A stretch of 64,000 bases of DNA from Minisyncoccota bacterium (GCA_017991635.1 JAGOQE010000001.1:550-64549), one strand, 5' to 3'. Positions 47,401 through 57,606 are shown, counted from the stretch's first letter. The notes: generated by a model from the sequence alone, not told the origin. Program-made: numbers and translations.

Positions 47401-47727
47401 CTACATGAAGATGACATCGACGAGATACGGCAACAGTCCCGTTGCGTAGAGCCAAAGCATTATAAAGAGGTACACAATGATGAGCATGTCCCCTATCCAA
47501 ATCAAAGGAGTTTTCTTCTCTTTTATGTTCTTTGATGAAAGATAGGTGAGCTCGAGCGCTCTAAACAGGACGGCTGCAGTGGTCATGATGGAGAAGAACA
47601 CGAGTCCATACATAATAAAGAGTGACTGTCCCGATGAGAGTGAGAGGAGGACGCCTACAATACACAACGTTGCAAGTGCCTCAAATCCCAGTCTAAAGTA
47701 ACGCAAATATTTCTTCAGGTGTTTCAT
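47401..47727 (-). CDS. small membrane protein, hypothetical
   Basis: 108 aa, 3 TM. Confidence 0.4.
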   Translation of the reverse strand: MKHLKKYLRYFRLGFEALATLCIVGVLLSLSSGQSLFIMYGLVFFSIMTTAAVLFRALELTYLSSKNIKEKKTPLIWIGDMLIIVYLFIMLWLYATGLLPYLVDVIFM

Positions 47728-47742
47728 ATCAAAAGTGTAGCA

Positions 47743-49194
47743 CTAGCGCATGACCCGAAAACCTTCGTACGGGGAGAAGTAACTAAGCATTGGATCGTCT
47801 GAACTTGGGATGAGGAGCTTTCCGTTTGAAACCTTCAAAAGAGGAATGTACTCGTATTCAGGAGTTCCTGCGTAAAACGCCTTTAAACGTGCCTGTTCTG
47901 CATAATATGCAGAATTATCAAGAGCATCAGCACACCCACCTCCTGATATGGTTTCCTTCACCTCTTTCGTATCAAGATCAAATGCTGTTATGTCGGCACT
48001 GAAACAGCCTGCATCTCCCCAACCATGTTCTACATACAGTGTCCGAGTATTCTCGTCTACACCAAGAATGTTCCCTCCGACAAACGATTCGTAAAGCAAG
48101 TCACTTACGCCACCAACTATTGGCACCCGGTAAAGTTTCTTCGGTTCATCGCAATTCATATATTCGCACTCGGAACCAAGCAAGTAGTAGATGGTTCCCT
48201 GTGAAATAACAAAATCGTTTATAACGTCTTCATTCATGGTGAATGAACCAACAATCCGAGACTCAGCCCTTGAAAAGACATCTTGAACATACAGATTCGC
48301 GTCCTTGGTGTAGTAGAGAAAATTATTGTAGAGCGTTGCATGCCGCCCATCTGCCACTCCACCCACAAACACTTCATACAGCATATGATCCGCGTCTGAT
48401 TGGAAGCCGGCTTTATGCTCCCTTCCTGCATAGGTATCGCCCGTTGAGTCATCTATGCGGGCAATGAAGTATCCTTCTGATTCATTACTTAATGTGGTTT
48501 TTTGATATGAACTCATTAGAGTTTCTAAAATACGAGATGTTTCGTAAGAACACTGATCTGGAACCGTTCCTCCATCACGCGCAAAAAGCGCGAACCCACT
48601 TATTCGTTCATCTTTGTGTCCTGTCTCAAAGAGGTCAGAGACAAAATCGACACGTACTTCACCAGGAAGACTCTGATGCCCATTCCACAAAAATTCAAAG
48701 CCATCGGGAAGAGAATCTTTTCTTACGTACCATGATGAGTCAATTTGGCTCTGACCAACAAATACTCTGTCTGCAAAAGAACTTTGCTGTCTATGCTCAT
48801 GCCAGTCAGTATTAATCTTCATGTAGACAAGCACACACTGACTACCATTCTTCTGGAGAGCAAACTGAATCTCGCCCAGGTCTTTTGGCGCATTGATGTC
48901 TTTACTATCCACAAACGTCCAGTCACTTGGAATATGCAATGAGAAATTTCCAGGAGCGAAGGTAAATACTCCTGGAGTCCATGAGAGTGGTGGTCCTTCT
49001 GTTAGAACTCTCTCCACACTCTCTGGGACAAAATCAGGAACTCCGAAAAAGAAGATATAGAGTGGAGCAACCACAATACCGAGAGCCAAAACAAGGGCCA
49101 CTACTGCCCAAATCACCTTTCTCCATGAGAGTCGTACACGAATCTTTGTGCTAATGGCAGCAAGTAGTTCTTTCATTAAAGATAAGCGTACCAT
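47743..49194 (-). CDS. membrane-anchored extracytoplasmic protein, hypothetical
   Basis: 483 aa. One TM near the N-terminus (VIWAVVALVLALGIVVAPLYIFFF), then a large Tyr/Asp/Gly-rich domain. Confidence 0.45.
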   Translation of the reverse strand: MVRLSLMKELLAAISTKIRVRLSWRKVIWAVVALVLALGIVVAPLYIFFFGVPDFVPESVERVLTEGPPLSWTPGVFTFAPGNFSLHIPSDWTFVDSKDINAPKDLGEIQFALQKNGSQCVLVYMKINTDWHEHRQQSSFADRVFVGQSQIDSSWYVRKDSLPDGFEFLWNGHQSLPGEVRVDFVSDLFETGHKDERISGFALFARDGGTVPDQCSYETSRILETLMSSYQKTTLSNESEGYFIARIDDSTGDTYAGREHKAGFQSDADHMLYEVFVGGVADGRHATLYNNFLYYTKDANLYVQDVFSRAESRIVGSFTMNEDVINDFVISQGTIYYLLGSECEYMNCDEPKKLYRVPIVGGVSDLLYESFVGGNILGVDENTRTLYVEHGWGDAGCFSADITAFDLDTKEVKETISGGGCADALDNSAYYAEQARLKAFYAGTPEYEYIPLLKVSNGKLLIPSSDDPMLSYFSPYEGFRVMR

Positions 49195-49290
49195 CCCGTC
49201 ACGTTATAGAGGTCATGAAGACGTTCAAAACTTTGAACGGGTAACCTGGGGTGATACAGTACCAAACGGAATAGCCAATGGAGTACCGCC

Positions 49291-49503
49291 ATGACGACTG
49301 CCGTCGAACTGACCACTACTACGCCCCGCTCGCTTGAAGATGAACGTCGATACCAGGCTGAAGCCTTCAATCTTGATCCGTCGGCCAGCTGGGCCATGAT
49401 TCAGCAGACCGTCCGCGATCTGCCCGAAGACGGTTTCATAAACTACGAAGACTGGGTCAAGACCATGAACAGCAAGGGTGCACGCCTTCGTGCGCTCGTC
49501 TGA
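49291..49503 (+). CDS. small (70 aa) protein encoded in a locally GC-enriched segment, hypothetical
   Basis: GGAG RBS 7 nt upstream. Codon third positions are G/C-rich. No motif recognised. Confidence 0.3.
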   Translation: MTTAVELTTTTPRSLEDERRYQAEAFNLDPSASWAMIQQTVRDLPEDGFINYEDWVKTMNSKGARLRALV

Positions 49504-49590
49504 AACAGCCCCGCCAAGGACCATGTCCTTGGCGGGGTAAAAACGTATAGGGTTGCCCCACCCTGCCAAAAAAGGTACTGTTTACCCACT

Positions 49591-49929
49591 ATGAAAAACT
49601 CACGCGCACAGATGCTCCGCTCACTTCCCTGGTTCATTGCCATTATTGCCGTTATCGTAGCAATCGCCACAACATTCTTCTGGATGTCAGCAGAAACAGA
49701 GATTAAGAAAGGCAACATAAGCACTCAGAAGGACCAAGTGCGAGAATTCTGCCTTAACCAAGAGACCGCAAGCCAGGCAGAATGTAAGCGTGAACTCGAC
49801 CAGCTTTCAAACATGTTGATTGACCTTCAAAAGGATATGAAGCAGGCAAAGAAGAACGCCGGCAACACTCCGCAGGCAACCTACACCATCACTCCTGAAG
49901 CAGTGCCTGTTCCTCAAACAGGCCAGTAA
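49591..49929 (+). CDS. membrane-anchored coiled-coil protein, hypothetical
   Basis: 112 aa. N-terminal TM (LPWFIAIIAVIVAIATTFFWM). Confidence 0.4.
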   Translation: MKNSRAQMLRSLPWFIAIIAVIVAIATTFFWMSAETEIKKGNISTQKDQVREFCLNQETASQAECKRELDQLSNMLIDLQKDMKQAKKNAGNTPQATYTITPEAVPVPQTGQ

Positions 49930-49937
49930 TTATTTCA

Positions 49938-49977
49938 AAAGGCCCGGGAATCCTACGGATTCCCGGGCCTTTTGCCA
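49938..49977 (+). terminator. rho-independent terminator
   Basis: ggcccgggaatcc-tac-ggattcccgggcc followed by a T-run. Confidence 0.6.
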
Positions 49978-50234
49978 TTTCGGATTGACCTAAATTGGCG
50001 TAGCACTCGTGAGTGCCAAAAGAGCAAGCATCAGGAGCATGAAAATGAGACCGTGGGGCGGAAACGGAAAGTCAAAGCCCTCAATCTCTTCATGCTCGTA
50101 CATGTTTGCAGGATAGATGTCGCCGTCTTCCATTAAACCGTCTCCCGGTAGGCACGTTCCAGGATGAGCGTAACACACCCTGGATATCTATTGAATAGCT
50201 AGGTTTTTCGTGGTATCATATACCTAACAACACC

Positions 50235-50807
50235 TTGAGCACTGAAAAAATACGCATAAACCGAGAGATTCGAGCAAAAGAGCTTCGCGTTATCGGAAAA
50301 GAGGGAGAAAACCTAGGAGTCCTTAGTTTAGAGGACGCTCTTCGTAATGCCGAGGAAGCAGGGCTCGACCTCATCGAAATCTCTCCAAATGCCGTTCCTC
50401 CTGTTGCGAAAGTCATGGATTATGGTAAATTTCAGTACGAGCTGAAGAAACGAGAAAGTGCCGCCCGGGCGAAAGCCAAGGTCTCTGAGACTAAGGAAGT
50501 CCAGATAAAGGTGGGTACTGGAGAGAATGACATGCGTTTGAAGGCCAAAAAAGCAGCTGAATGGCTCGCCGAAGGTCACCGAGTACGCATTGAGCTCTTC
50601 CTCAAAGGCCGATACAAAGGCATGGAAGAGGCATTCTTGAAGAGCCGACTCGAGAAGTTCCTGCTCCTTATACCGTACAGCTACCGTCTTGCTGAACCAA
50701 TTACCCGCGCTCCGAAAGGATTTGCTGGCATTATTGAGCGAGATCCAAAGGCTGCTACGGCAAAAGCGAGTGCACCAACAACAAAAACCGACCATGAAAA
50801 CCAATAA
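50235..50807 (+). CDS. infC: translation initiation factor IF-3 (non-ATG start, TTG at 50235)
   Basis: IRAKELRVIGKEGENLGVLSLEDALRNAEEAGLDLIEISPNAVPPVAKVMDYGKFQYE is the canonical IF-3 core. The codon at 50235 is TTG. Confidence 0.85.
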   Translation: MSTEKIRINREIRAKELRVIGKEGENLGVLSLEDALRNAEEAGLDLIEISPNAVPPVAKVMDYGKFQYELKKRESAARAKAKVSETKEVQIKVGTGENDMRLKAKKAAEWLAEGHRVRIELFLKGRYKGMEEAFLKSRLEKFLLLIPYSYRLAEPITRAPKGFAGIIERDPKAATAKASAPTTKTDHENQ

Positions 50808-50991
50808 GTCATACACAAAGCGAATTCGCGTCACCAAGACGGGCAAGCTTATTACACGCAAGCCTGGTCAGGACCATTTCAATGCCAAGGAGAGCAATCG
50901 CACCAAGCAAGCTAAGGCTGGAAACCAGACTATTCAGGTTCCTAACCTTATTCGCCGTCGCTTCCTATCAGGCAAGATTGTCGGTAAATAG
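50794..50991 (+). CDS. rpmI: 50S ribosomal protein L35
   Basis: 65-aa basic protein MKTNKSYTKRIRVTKTGK... between infC and rplT, the canonical operon. Start trimmed to the internal ATG. Confidence 0.75.
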   Translation: MKTNKSYTKRIRVTKTGKLITRKPGQDHFNAKESNRTKQAKAGNQTIQVPNLIRRRFLSGKIVGK

Positions 50992-51008
50992 TTTTTAATT
51001 AATTTCGT

Positions 51009-51356
51009 ATGCCAAGAGTAAAAGGAGGTCTCATTTCAGCTAAGCGTCGTCGCAATATCCTTGCTCGTGCAAAGGGATACCGCCACGGTCGCGGAACCAA
51101 AAAGAAGCTCGCCAAGGAGTCACTTGTGCACGCTGGAAAGAATGCCTTTGCGCACCGCAAGGACAAGAAGAATGATTTCCGCCAGCTATGGATTGTTCGT
51201 CTAAACGCAGCACTTCGTGAGCTCGGATTCAAGTCATACAGCACCTTCATCAACGCACTTAAGAAGAAGGAAGTTGGACTTGATAGAAAGGTACTCTCTG
51301 AGATTGCTCAGAAACACCCTGAATCATTTGAACGAATCGTAAAGCACGTCTCCTAA
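51009..51356 (+). CDS. rplT: 50S ribosomal protein L20
   Basis: MPRVKGG...AKRRR...RARGYRHGRGT... canonical L20. Confidence 0.9.
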   Translation: MPRVKGGLISAKRRRNILARAKGYRHGRGTKKKLAKESLVHAGKNAFAHRKDKKNDFRQLWIVRLNAALRELGFKSYSTFINALKKKEVGLDRKVLSEIAQKHPESFERIVKHVS

Positions 51357-51390
51357 ACAAAAACCGCCCATAAGGGCGGTTTTTGTTTAG
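51355..51390. terminator. bidirectional terminator between rplT and the convergent RNase gene
   Basis: aaaaaccgccc-ataa-gggcggttttt. Confidence 0.6.
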
Positions 51391-52772
51391 GACTTTTTGA
51401 CTCCTGTTTTCGTGATTTCCCACACTTCCCCTTTTGTTGGGACAACTGCCTTCTTTCCAACGAAATCGTGAATGCGTTGCGCGAGGAAGCGTGCAGAAGA
51501 CGGCTCACCCAGGGCAATCAAAAATGTATGAGCGCGCTTAGCTGATTCCTGTGCAAACTCGACGAGCCCGTCGCGGTCTGCGTGTGCCGACCACCCACCA
51601 AAAGTCTCAACCTTTGCGCGTACCTTCACATCCTGCTTATTTATCTTTACCTTAGGAGCTCCATCTTGAAGCATACGTCCAGGGCTTCCTGGTGCTTGGT
51701 ACCCCACAATAAAGAGTGTTGTTGTAGGGTCTGGTAGGTACTTCATTTCATGCTTTCCGATTCGCCCACCATGACTCATGCCAGCTCCTGCAATAATAAT
51801 TTTTGGGTTTGGCACGTTATCTATATTTTCTGAATCTTCTCTGCTTTCAGTCTTTGTAAGCATTTGGAAAGAAAACAGGCTTCCTTCCCTTCGAAGCTCC
51901 TCCTGTACATCCTTTTTAAAGTATTCAGTATCACGCGCCTCGTAAACGTCAGTCACCTTTATCGCTAGCGGTGAATCAAGGAAGACGGGAATTTTTGGTA
52001 GTTCGCAACTCTCCATCATATTTGAAATCTCATAAAGCATGAGTTGTGTACGCTCTATTGAAAACGCTGGGATGAGAATTGCCCCACCGCGCTCTATTGC
52101 TCTTGTGAGTGATTCTTTTAGTTGCTTCACACGATCTTGAGGATCATGAGCCCTGTCTCCATACACACTTTCAAGCACCACCACATCTGCGTCAGTGACA
52201 GGTTCTGCGTCAGGGAGAAGCGGTGAGGGAGAGTTCCCGAGGTCAGAGGTGATAGCAAGAGCAGTGCCATCTGTAGCTTTAATACGCACAGAGGCAGAGC
52301 CCAAGATGTGACCCGTATTTCGCAAATATACTGAAAGACCAGGAGCAACTTCCTTTTCGCTGTGATATGGAAGGGCTTCGTAGTGCTCTAGCGCCATATC
52401 TACGTGACTCTCTTCATAGAGCGGCGCGACACCTCTTGAGGCTGCTTCTTGCCCTAAAATACCCACAGAGTCACGCATGATAAGTTCAGCGAGGTCTCGA
52501 GTAGCTTCCGTCATATACACCTTCCCCGTAAATCCTTCCTTAAAAAGTTTAGGTACCCGTCCAACGTGGTCGAGGTGGGCATGGGTAATAACAAGCGCAT
52601 GGATTGTGCTCGCATCATACGGAAAGGGCTCGTACATGCAGGACTCACAAAAATCTGCTCCCTGCTCAAGTCCACAGTCCACAAGTAGTTTCCCGCCCTC
52701 TTCTGACTCAATGAGGAAGTTTGAACCCGTGACACTCTCAGCACCTCCATGAAACGTTAGACGGATCGCCAT
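51387..52772 (-). CDS. beta-CASP family MBL-fold ribonuclease (RNase J / CPSF73-like)
   Basis: 461 aa. HAHLDHVG MBL motif near the N-terminus and the later Asp/His of the beta-CASP layout. Confidence 0.65.
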   Translation of the reverse strand: MAIRLTFHGGAESVTGSNFLIESEEGGKLLVDCGLEQGADFCESCMYEPFPYDASTIHALVITHAHLDHVGRVPKLFKEGFTGKVYMTEATRDLAELIMRDSVGILGQEAASRGVAPLYEESHVDMALEHYEALPYHSEKEVAPGLSVYLRNTGHILGSASVRIKATDGTALAITSDLGNSPSPLLPDAEPVTDADVVVLESVYGDRAHDPQDRVKQLKESLTRAIERGGAILIPAFSIERTQLMLYEISNMMESCELPKIPVFLDSPLAIKVTDVYEARDTEYFKKDVQEELRREGSLFSFQMLTKTESREDSENIDNVPNPKIIIAGAGMSHGGRIGKHEMKYLPDPTTTLFIVGYQAPGSPGRMLQDGAPKVKINKQDVKVRAKVETFGGWSAHADRDGLVEFAQESAKRAHTFLIALGEPSSARFLAQRIHDFVGKKAVVPTKGEVWEITKTGVKKS

Positions 52773-53116
52773 AGTGTAAATCGCGCTATACCATACGTAA
52801 TAATTGCTGCCGATGAGCCAATAAGCAAATCAAGTGCAGTGTCAAAAGCATAATTTGCCTCGCGGGGCATGCCTGCCAAAAACTCAAACACCTCCCAAGA
52901 AACAATAATGAGACCGAACGAAAGCGCATACGCTACCGGTCTAAATCGCCACCAGAAACCAACCAGAAACGATGCGATAGCAATACCTCCCAGGAAATGC
53001 ATAGGGACGTCAAACCACACGTACCGCCAATAGAGATAGGTTTCAAGTGCGTAATACTGTAATCCAAACACCACTGCGGAAAGGACTGCTGAAGCAAGAA
53101 GCCAATAGATACGCAT
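52757..53116 (-). CDS. small membrane protein, hypothetical
   Basis: 119 aa, 4 TM. Confidence 0.4.
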   Translation of the reverse strand: MRIYWLLASAVLSAVVFGLQYYALETYLYWRYVWFDVPMHFLGGIAIASFLVGFWWRFRPVAYALSFGLIIVSWEVFEFLAGMPREANYAFDTALDLLIGSSAAIITYGIARFTLWRSV

Positions 53117-53129
53117 AAAGGGTATGTAT

Positions 53130-53766
53130 TTACTGTAGCACGCGTCCCCGCCCCTTCTGGTATATATGTATGTCTACCAATATCTTTACCAAGACAAAAA
53201 CTGCCATGAACACTACAGGTAGATTGAATGTCCGCGTTAATAGTCCCGCAAGGAAGAAGAAGCCGAGCATGAAGATGATTCGTTCATGACGAGCGCTTGC
53301 TTCAAAGACTTTAATGGCCTGGACGTATGCTCTCTTCCCTAGAAAGTCCTTAACAAAGGAAATTGCGTGACTTACCAAGAGCCCAAGCACGACAAGCAGT
53401 GACACTTCAGAAAACCACTCCGCTAGTGTGCCAGCGGTCTCATTGCCGTGAGCCAGGAGAGCCAAGAAGAAGAGCATGATGACGAGGCCACCTCCATACA
53501 TAAAAACAAATCCAAAAATTTCTGTACCGCCAGATTCGTTTGAAGCTTTAGCCTTATTTCCTTTAGGTTGGACGGCCTGATACAAGGCACGGATACTCAT
53601 TTCAAGTAGAGTAAACAGTCCTATTGCTACTGACTCACACCAGTAGGTCACCAAAACTTCTGGAACGGTCCATTCAAAGAAAAGCACGCCAAAAAACGGC
53701 ACTGAGTTTGCGAGGATGAGTGCCACAACTGCAGGATTCTTTAGCAGACGTATGTACTTCGACATT
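53130..53766 (-). CDS. polytopic membrane protein, hypothetical
   Basis: Start trimmed to internal MSKYIRLL. A structured GC hairpin at 53790-53820 lies in the putative 5' leader. Confidence 0.4.
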
Positions 53767-53974
53767 ATTAAACTAGTATCGCATACGCAAAATGCCTGAG
53801 TCAGAGACTCAGGCATTTTGCGAAACCGTCCCGGTGTGGCAACTGTTTGTAGCCACGTGGGTGTCCGCACCGTTAATTATTGAAAGCGAATGCTTTGCAA
53901 ACCAACGTGGATATAAGACTCCCGAAAAATGAGCAAGTTGCGTTTATGGGACGGCTTCGGCACTAGTATACATT

Positions 53975-54012
53975 CAAACAAAAAGACCAGCTAGAGCGCT
54001 GGTCTTTTCTTA
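53975..54012 (-). terminator. terminator downstream of ndk
   Basis: agaccagc-tagagc-gctggtct flanked by A/T runs. Confidence 0.45.
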
Positions 54013-54137
54013 GCAAAACTGTCACGGAGTTCAGCTACAAGGCACGGGCATAAGATTTCTGGAGACGTATGTGACATACGGCGGAAGAAATCTTTGGGAC
54101 CCGTAACGCAGTAGATGAATTTCGTGGCAGTTTTGCC

Positions 54138-54746
54138 CTACTCCATGATGCCGTCGAGGTTCACATCGTACAGAATCTCCTCCTGCACGTGACGATAGCT
54201 GTATAGCTCCTCTGACTTAAACCACATCGCGATTTCCTTGTTTGCATTGTCCACCTCGTCTGAACAGTGAATGAGGTTTCGAACAGCCCGGTCATCGACC
54301 GCGCAAATTGCGTATGAATCGGTGGTGAAGTCTCCGCGGATAGTACCGACGTCTGAAGTTGCAGGCTCAGTCTCACCCACAAGCTTTTTAACAACTGCAA
54401 CAGCCTGATTTCCTTCAATAACCATAGAGACGACTGGGCTCACGGTCATGTACTTCACGAGAGCGCGGATAATATCCTTACCGTACTCAATAGCCTCCTT
54501 CTCTACAGGAAGACCTGCGGCGGTGAGACTTTCAACGATACCCGTACCCTTTTTAAGAAACCATGCGTCGTCCTTGTCGTAGTGCTTCCAGAGAAGTTCC
54601 TCAGGAAGGACTGACATTTTAAGACCAACAACCTTGAGGCCAGTTCGCTCAAAACGCTTGATAATTTCACCAACGAGTCCGCGCTGTACGCCATCAGGCT
54701 TCACAATCACGAAGGTCCTCTCTTTCTTTGGATGTGGGTTAGACAT
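54138..54746 (-). CDS. ndk: nucleoside diphosphate kinase
   Basis: FVIVKPDGVQRGLVGEIIKRFE... and the active-site His in NLIHCSD. Longer than usual, with an internal insertion. Confidence 0.85.
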   Translation of the reverse strand: MSNPHPKKERTFVIVKPDGVQRGLVGEIIKRFERTGLKVVGLKMSVLPEELLWKHYDKDDAWFLKKGTGIVESLTAAGLPVEKEAIEYGKDIIRALVKYMTVSPVVSMVIEGNQAVAVVKKLVGETEPATSDVGTIRGDFTTDSYAICAVDDRAVRNLIHCSDEVDNANKEIAMWFKSEELYSYRHVQEEILYDVNLDGIME

Positions 54747-54821
54747 GAGTGTTTACTTAGTACTAAAAAATCGCCTAGGGCGCTTGTATGAGGGAACTAT
54801 AGCGCACATAGAGACTCCTTG

Positions 54822-55598
54822 CTACTCACCCGGACGGCGAGTAATGACGATTGTCTCGTCTTTTTCAACGAGGATGGTGTGCTCAAAGTGGGCTGAGACA
54901 GAGCCGTCTTGGGTGCGGTACGTGTACCCGTCTCCTGAAAGAATAACTGAGGCCTTACCCATGTTCACGATAGGCTCAATCGCGAGGACCATTCCCTCCT
55001 TAATCTCCGGGCCTGTGCCTGGGTGCCCCACATTGCTTATATACGGCTCCTCATGGACCGCACGCCCCACGCCGTGCCCTCCAAGCACCTTCACCATAGA
55101 AAACCCTGAACCCTTCACGGGAAGCTCTGTTGCGTGTGAGATGTCGCCAATTCTGTTTCCAGGACGCGCTGCCTTGATGGCGCTTTCAAGACACTCTTGT
55201 GTTACAGAAAGAAGCTTCGCCACCTTAGGGTCAATCTTTCCGACAGGCACAGTGAGTGCGGAATCAGTAAAGAATCCCTTGTGAATGAGTCCTAAATCAA
55301 GAGCCACAATGTCGCCCTCTTTGAGAGTGCGAGGCTTCTCGTTTGGAATACCGTGCACCACTTCATCATTCACTGAAATACAAAGTGCTGCAGGGTACGG
55401 ACGCTTCGCGCCCTCTGGCGTATAGCCCTCAAAGGCAGGCTCGTCCCCTCCCTCACGAATGAGATCTGTTGCGATACGGTTTAGTTCCTCTGTAGTAACA
55501 CCTGGAGCAACGTGTTTAGCTGTCTCGAAAAGCACGACACCAAGTCGGCGTCCCGCTTCAATAATGCCAGCACGTTCTTCAAGTGTTTTTACAATCAT
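54822..55598 (-). CDS. map: type I methionine aminopeptidase
   Basis: Pita-bread fold metal ligands (D...D...H...E...E) in conserved context. 258 aa. Confidence 0.9.
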   Translation of the reverse strand: MIVKTLEERAGIIEAGRRLGVVLFETAKHVAPGVTTEELNRIATDLIREGGDEPAFEGYTPEGAKRPYPAALCISVNDEVVHGIPNEKPRTLKEGDIVALDLGLIHKGFFTDSALTVPVGKIDPKVAKLLSVTQECLESAIKAARPGNRIGDISHATELPVKGSGFSMVKVLGGHGVGRAVHEEPYISNVGHPGTGPEIKEGMVLAIEPIVNMGKASVILSGDGYTYRTQDGSVSAHFEHTILVEKDETIVITRRPGE

Positions 55599-55602
55599 AG
55601 AA

Positions 55603-56169
55603 TTACTGAAGATTAAGCGCCTTTTGAATGGCTAGAGTGATTTCCTCTGGTGTACCCATACCATCAATTTCAACGAGTCTACCAGCCTCACGGAACACCT
55701 CTACAGAAGGCTCGGTGTGTGTTCGAAATTCCTCAAGGCGCTTCTCCACGTTCAAATCATCGGCGCGCCCTGATACAAGACTTCGCTTCTGTAGGCGCTC
55801 TACGATTTCCTCGTCTGAAACCTTAATGTGAACAGCGGTGAAAGGACGCTTGAGCCAGGTGAGAACATCAATAACTGTTCTGGCTTCTGTGACCTTTCGT
55901 CCAAAGCCGTCAAAGATAATTCCTTCCTCGGGAAGAATGTTGAGAATAGATTTCTGAAAGAGGTAGGTGGCAAACCAGTCGGGAGCAAGAAGTCCTTTCT
56001 CGTGCTCCTCGCGCATCAACTCTGCTACGTGCGTATCTTCCTTAATGAGTGCACGAAAGAGGTCGCCTGAGGCAATTGCTTTAAATCCTGTCTTCTCAGA
56101 CAAGAGAGCCGACTGTGTACCCTTCCCGCTTCCTGGCTTCCCGATAAAAAGAATTGTATTCATCTCCAT
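55603..56169 (-). CDS. adk: adenylate kinase (short, no Zn lid cysteines)
   Basis: P-loop GKPGSGKGTQ. 188 aa. Confidence 0.9.
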   Translation of the reverse strand: MEMNTILFIGKPGSGKGTQSALLSEKTGFKAIASGDLFRALIKEDTHVAELMREEHEKGLLAPDWFATYLFQKSILNILPEEGIIFDGFGRKVTEARTVIDVLTWLKRPFTAVHIKVSDEEIVERLQKRSLVSGRADDLNVEKRLEEFRTHTEPSVEVFREAGRLVEIDGMGTPEEITLAIQKALNLQ

Positions 56170-56322
56170 GACGTCTATGTATTTTATTTATAGCACTAAA
56201 TTAAGAGAAGCTTGTGGCCTTAGACGCGAGGCGCGGGAAAGAAATTTCTGTAGACGTATGTGGCATACGGCGGAAGAAATTTCTGGGACCCGCAACAAAG
56301 CGGATTGGGTCAGAAGGTTATC

Positions 56323-57597
56323 TTAGTACTCGCGAACTGAGACTTGAGCATCAATCTTACGAATAAGATCAACGAGTACCTGTACCGCAATCAAGAGCGC
56401 TGTACCTCCAACCAAGATGGCAGTAATACCAGTAATTCCCTGCACAATAAACGGAATGACGGCAACGAGACCGAGGAAGAGAGCACCTGGAAGTGTGATA
56501 CGAGTCACGATCTTTCCAATATAGCTCTCTGTCTCTTTTCCTGGACGAACACCCGGGACAAAGGCTCCTGACTTCTGAAGATTCTCCGCTACACGATGTG
56601 GCTCAAACGTAATTGAGGTGTAGAAGTAGGTGAACATCACGACAAGAGCGAAGTATACGGCACCATGAGCAAACGGATTGTTTGAGAAGGCTGTGTACCA
56701 AGCCATTGCGGAAGACACACCGCCAAACCCTATAGCTGTAAGTCCTGTAAGAATCATCTGCGGAAGAAGGAGAAGTGAGAGAGCGAAGATGATTGGAATC
56801 ACACCAGCCTGAAGAATACGAATTGGAAGATAGGTCTGTGCGCCCTTAGCTCCGGTGTTTCCTCGAGAAGCACGTGCGTAGGCAATAGGGATTGAGCGCT
56901 CTGCTTCAGACACCATGACGATGGCGTAGATAACGAAGAGTGCAATGAGTGCGAATCCAATGTATGCAGGAATGTTTGCAACAGTCGCAGTAAAGAGAAG
57001 CTGTGACACTGCTCCTGGAATACTTGCCACAATACCTGAGAAAATCAGGAGCGATACACCGTTTCCAATACCGAACTCTGAGATAAGTTCTCCAATCCAC
57101 ATAAGGAAGATTGAGCCTGCTGCGACAAGGAACACATGCACTGCAAACATGAATGGTGAGAGTGATGAGAGGATGCCCTGAGACTCAAGAAGAGAAAGGA
57201 AGGCAACACCTTGAAGGATTGCGATAGGAATCGTAATCATTCGGCTCCACGTAATGAATTGCGTACGGCCGGCCTCACCCTCTTCGGTGTACATACGTTT
57301 AATCTTTGGAGAAATAACCGTACCCAACTGCATGATGATTGAGGCAGTAATGTATGGCCCAACACCGAGCATCACGATAGAAATCTGTGAAAAGCCTCCT
57401 CCTGAGAATACAGACAAAAGACCCAAGAACTGGTTGTTCTGGAAAAATTGTTCAAGACGAACATGGTCTACGCCAGGAATTGGAATCGCTGCAAGAAAGC
57501 GAAATACAGCGATTGCACCAATAAGAAAGAGAATGCGATTTCTAAGCGCCTTGTCTCCGAATATTAGTTTTGTTTTGTGAATGAAGCGAGAAAGCAT
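56323..57597 (-). CDS. secY: preprotein translocase subunit SecY
   Basis: 424 aa, 10 TM. Conserved SecY segments. Sits between rplO and adk, as in the canonical spc operon. Confidence 0.9.
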   Translation of the reverse strand: MLSRFIHKTKLIFGDKALRNRILFLIGAIAVFRFLAAIPIPGVDHVRLEQFFQNNQFLGLLSVFSGGGFSQISIVMLGVGPYITASIIMQLGTVISPKIKRMYTEEGEAGRTQFITWSRMITIPIAILQGVAFLSLLESQGILSSLSPFMFAVHVFLVAAGSIFLMWIGELISEFGIGNGVSLLIFSGIVASIPGAVSQLLFTATVANIPAYIGFALIALFVIYAIVMVSEAERSIPIAYARASRGNTGAKGAQTYLPIRILQAGVIPIIFALSLLLLPQMILTGLTAIGFGGVSSAMAWYTAFSNNPFAHGAVYFALVVMFTYFYTSITFEPHRVAENLQKSGAFVPGVRPGKETESYIGKIVTRITLPGALFLGLVAVIPFIVQGITGITAILVGGTALLIAVQVLVDLIRKIDAQVSVREY

Positions 57598-57606
57598 GGT
57601 TTCGGT

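Noticed and set aside
49990-50178. 62-aa minus-strand ORF upstream of infC
   Set aside because: No RBS. It overlaps the likely infC promoter or leader region. Only a weak C-terminal hydrophobic stretch. Left unannotated.
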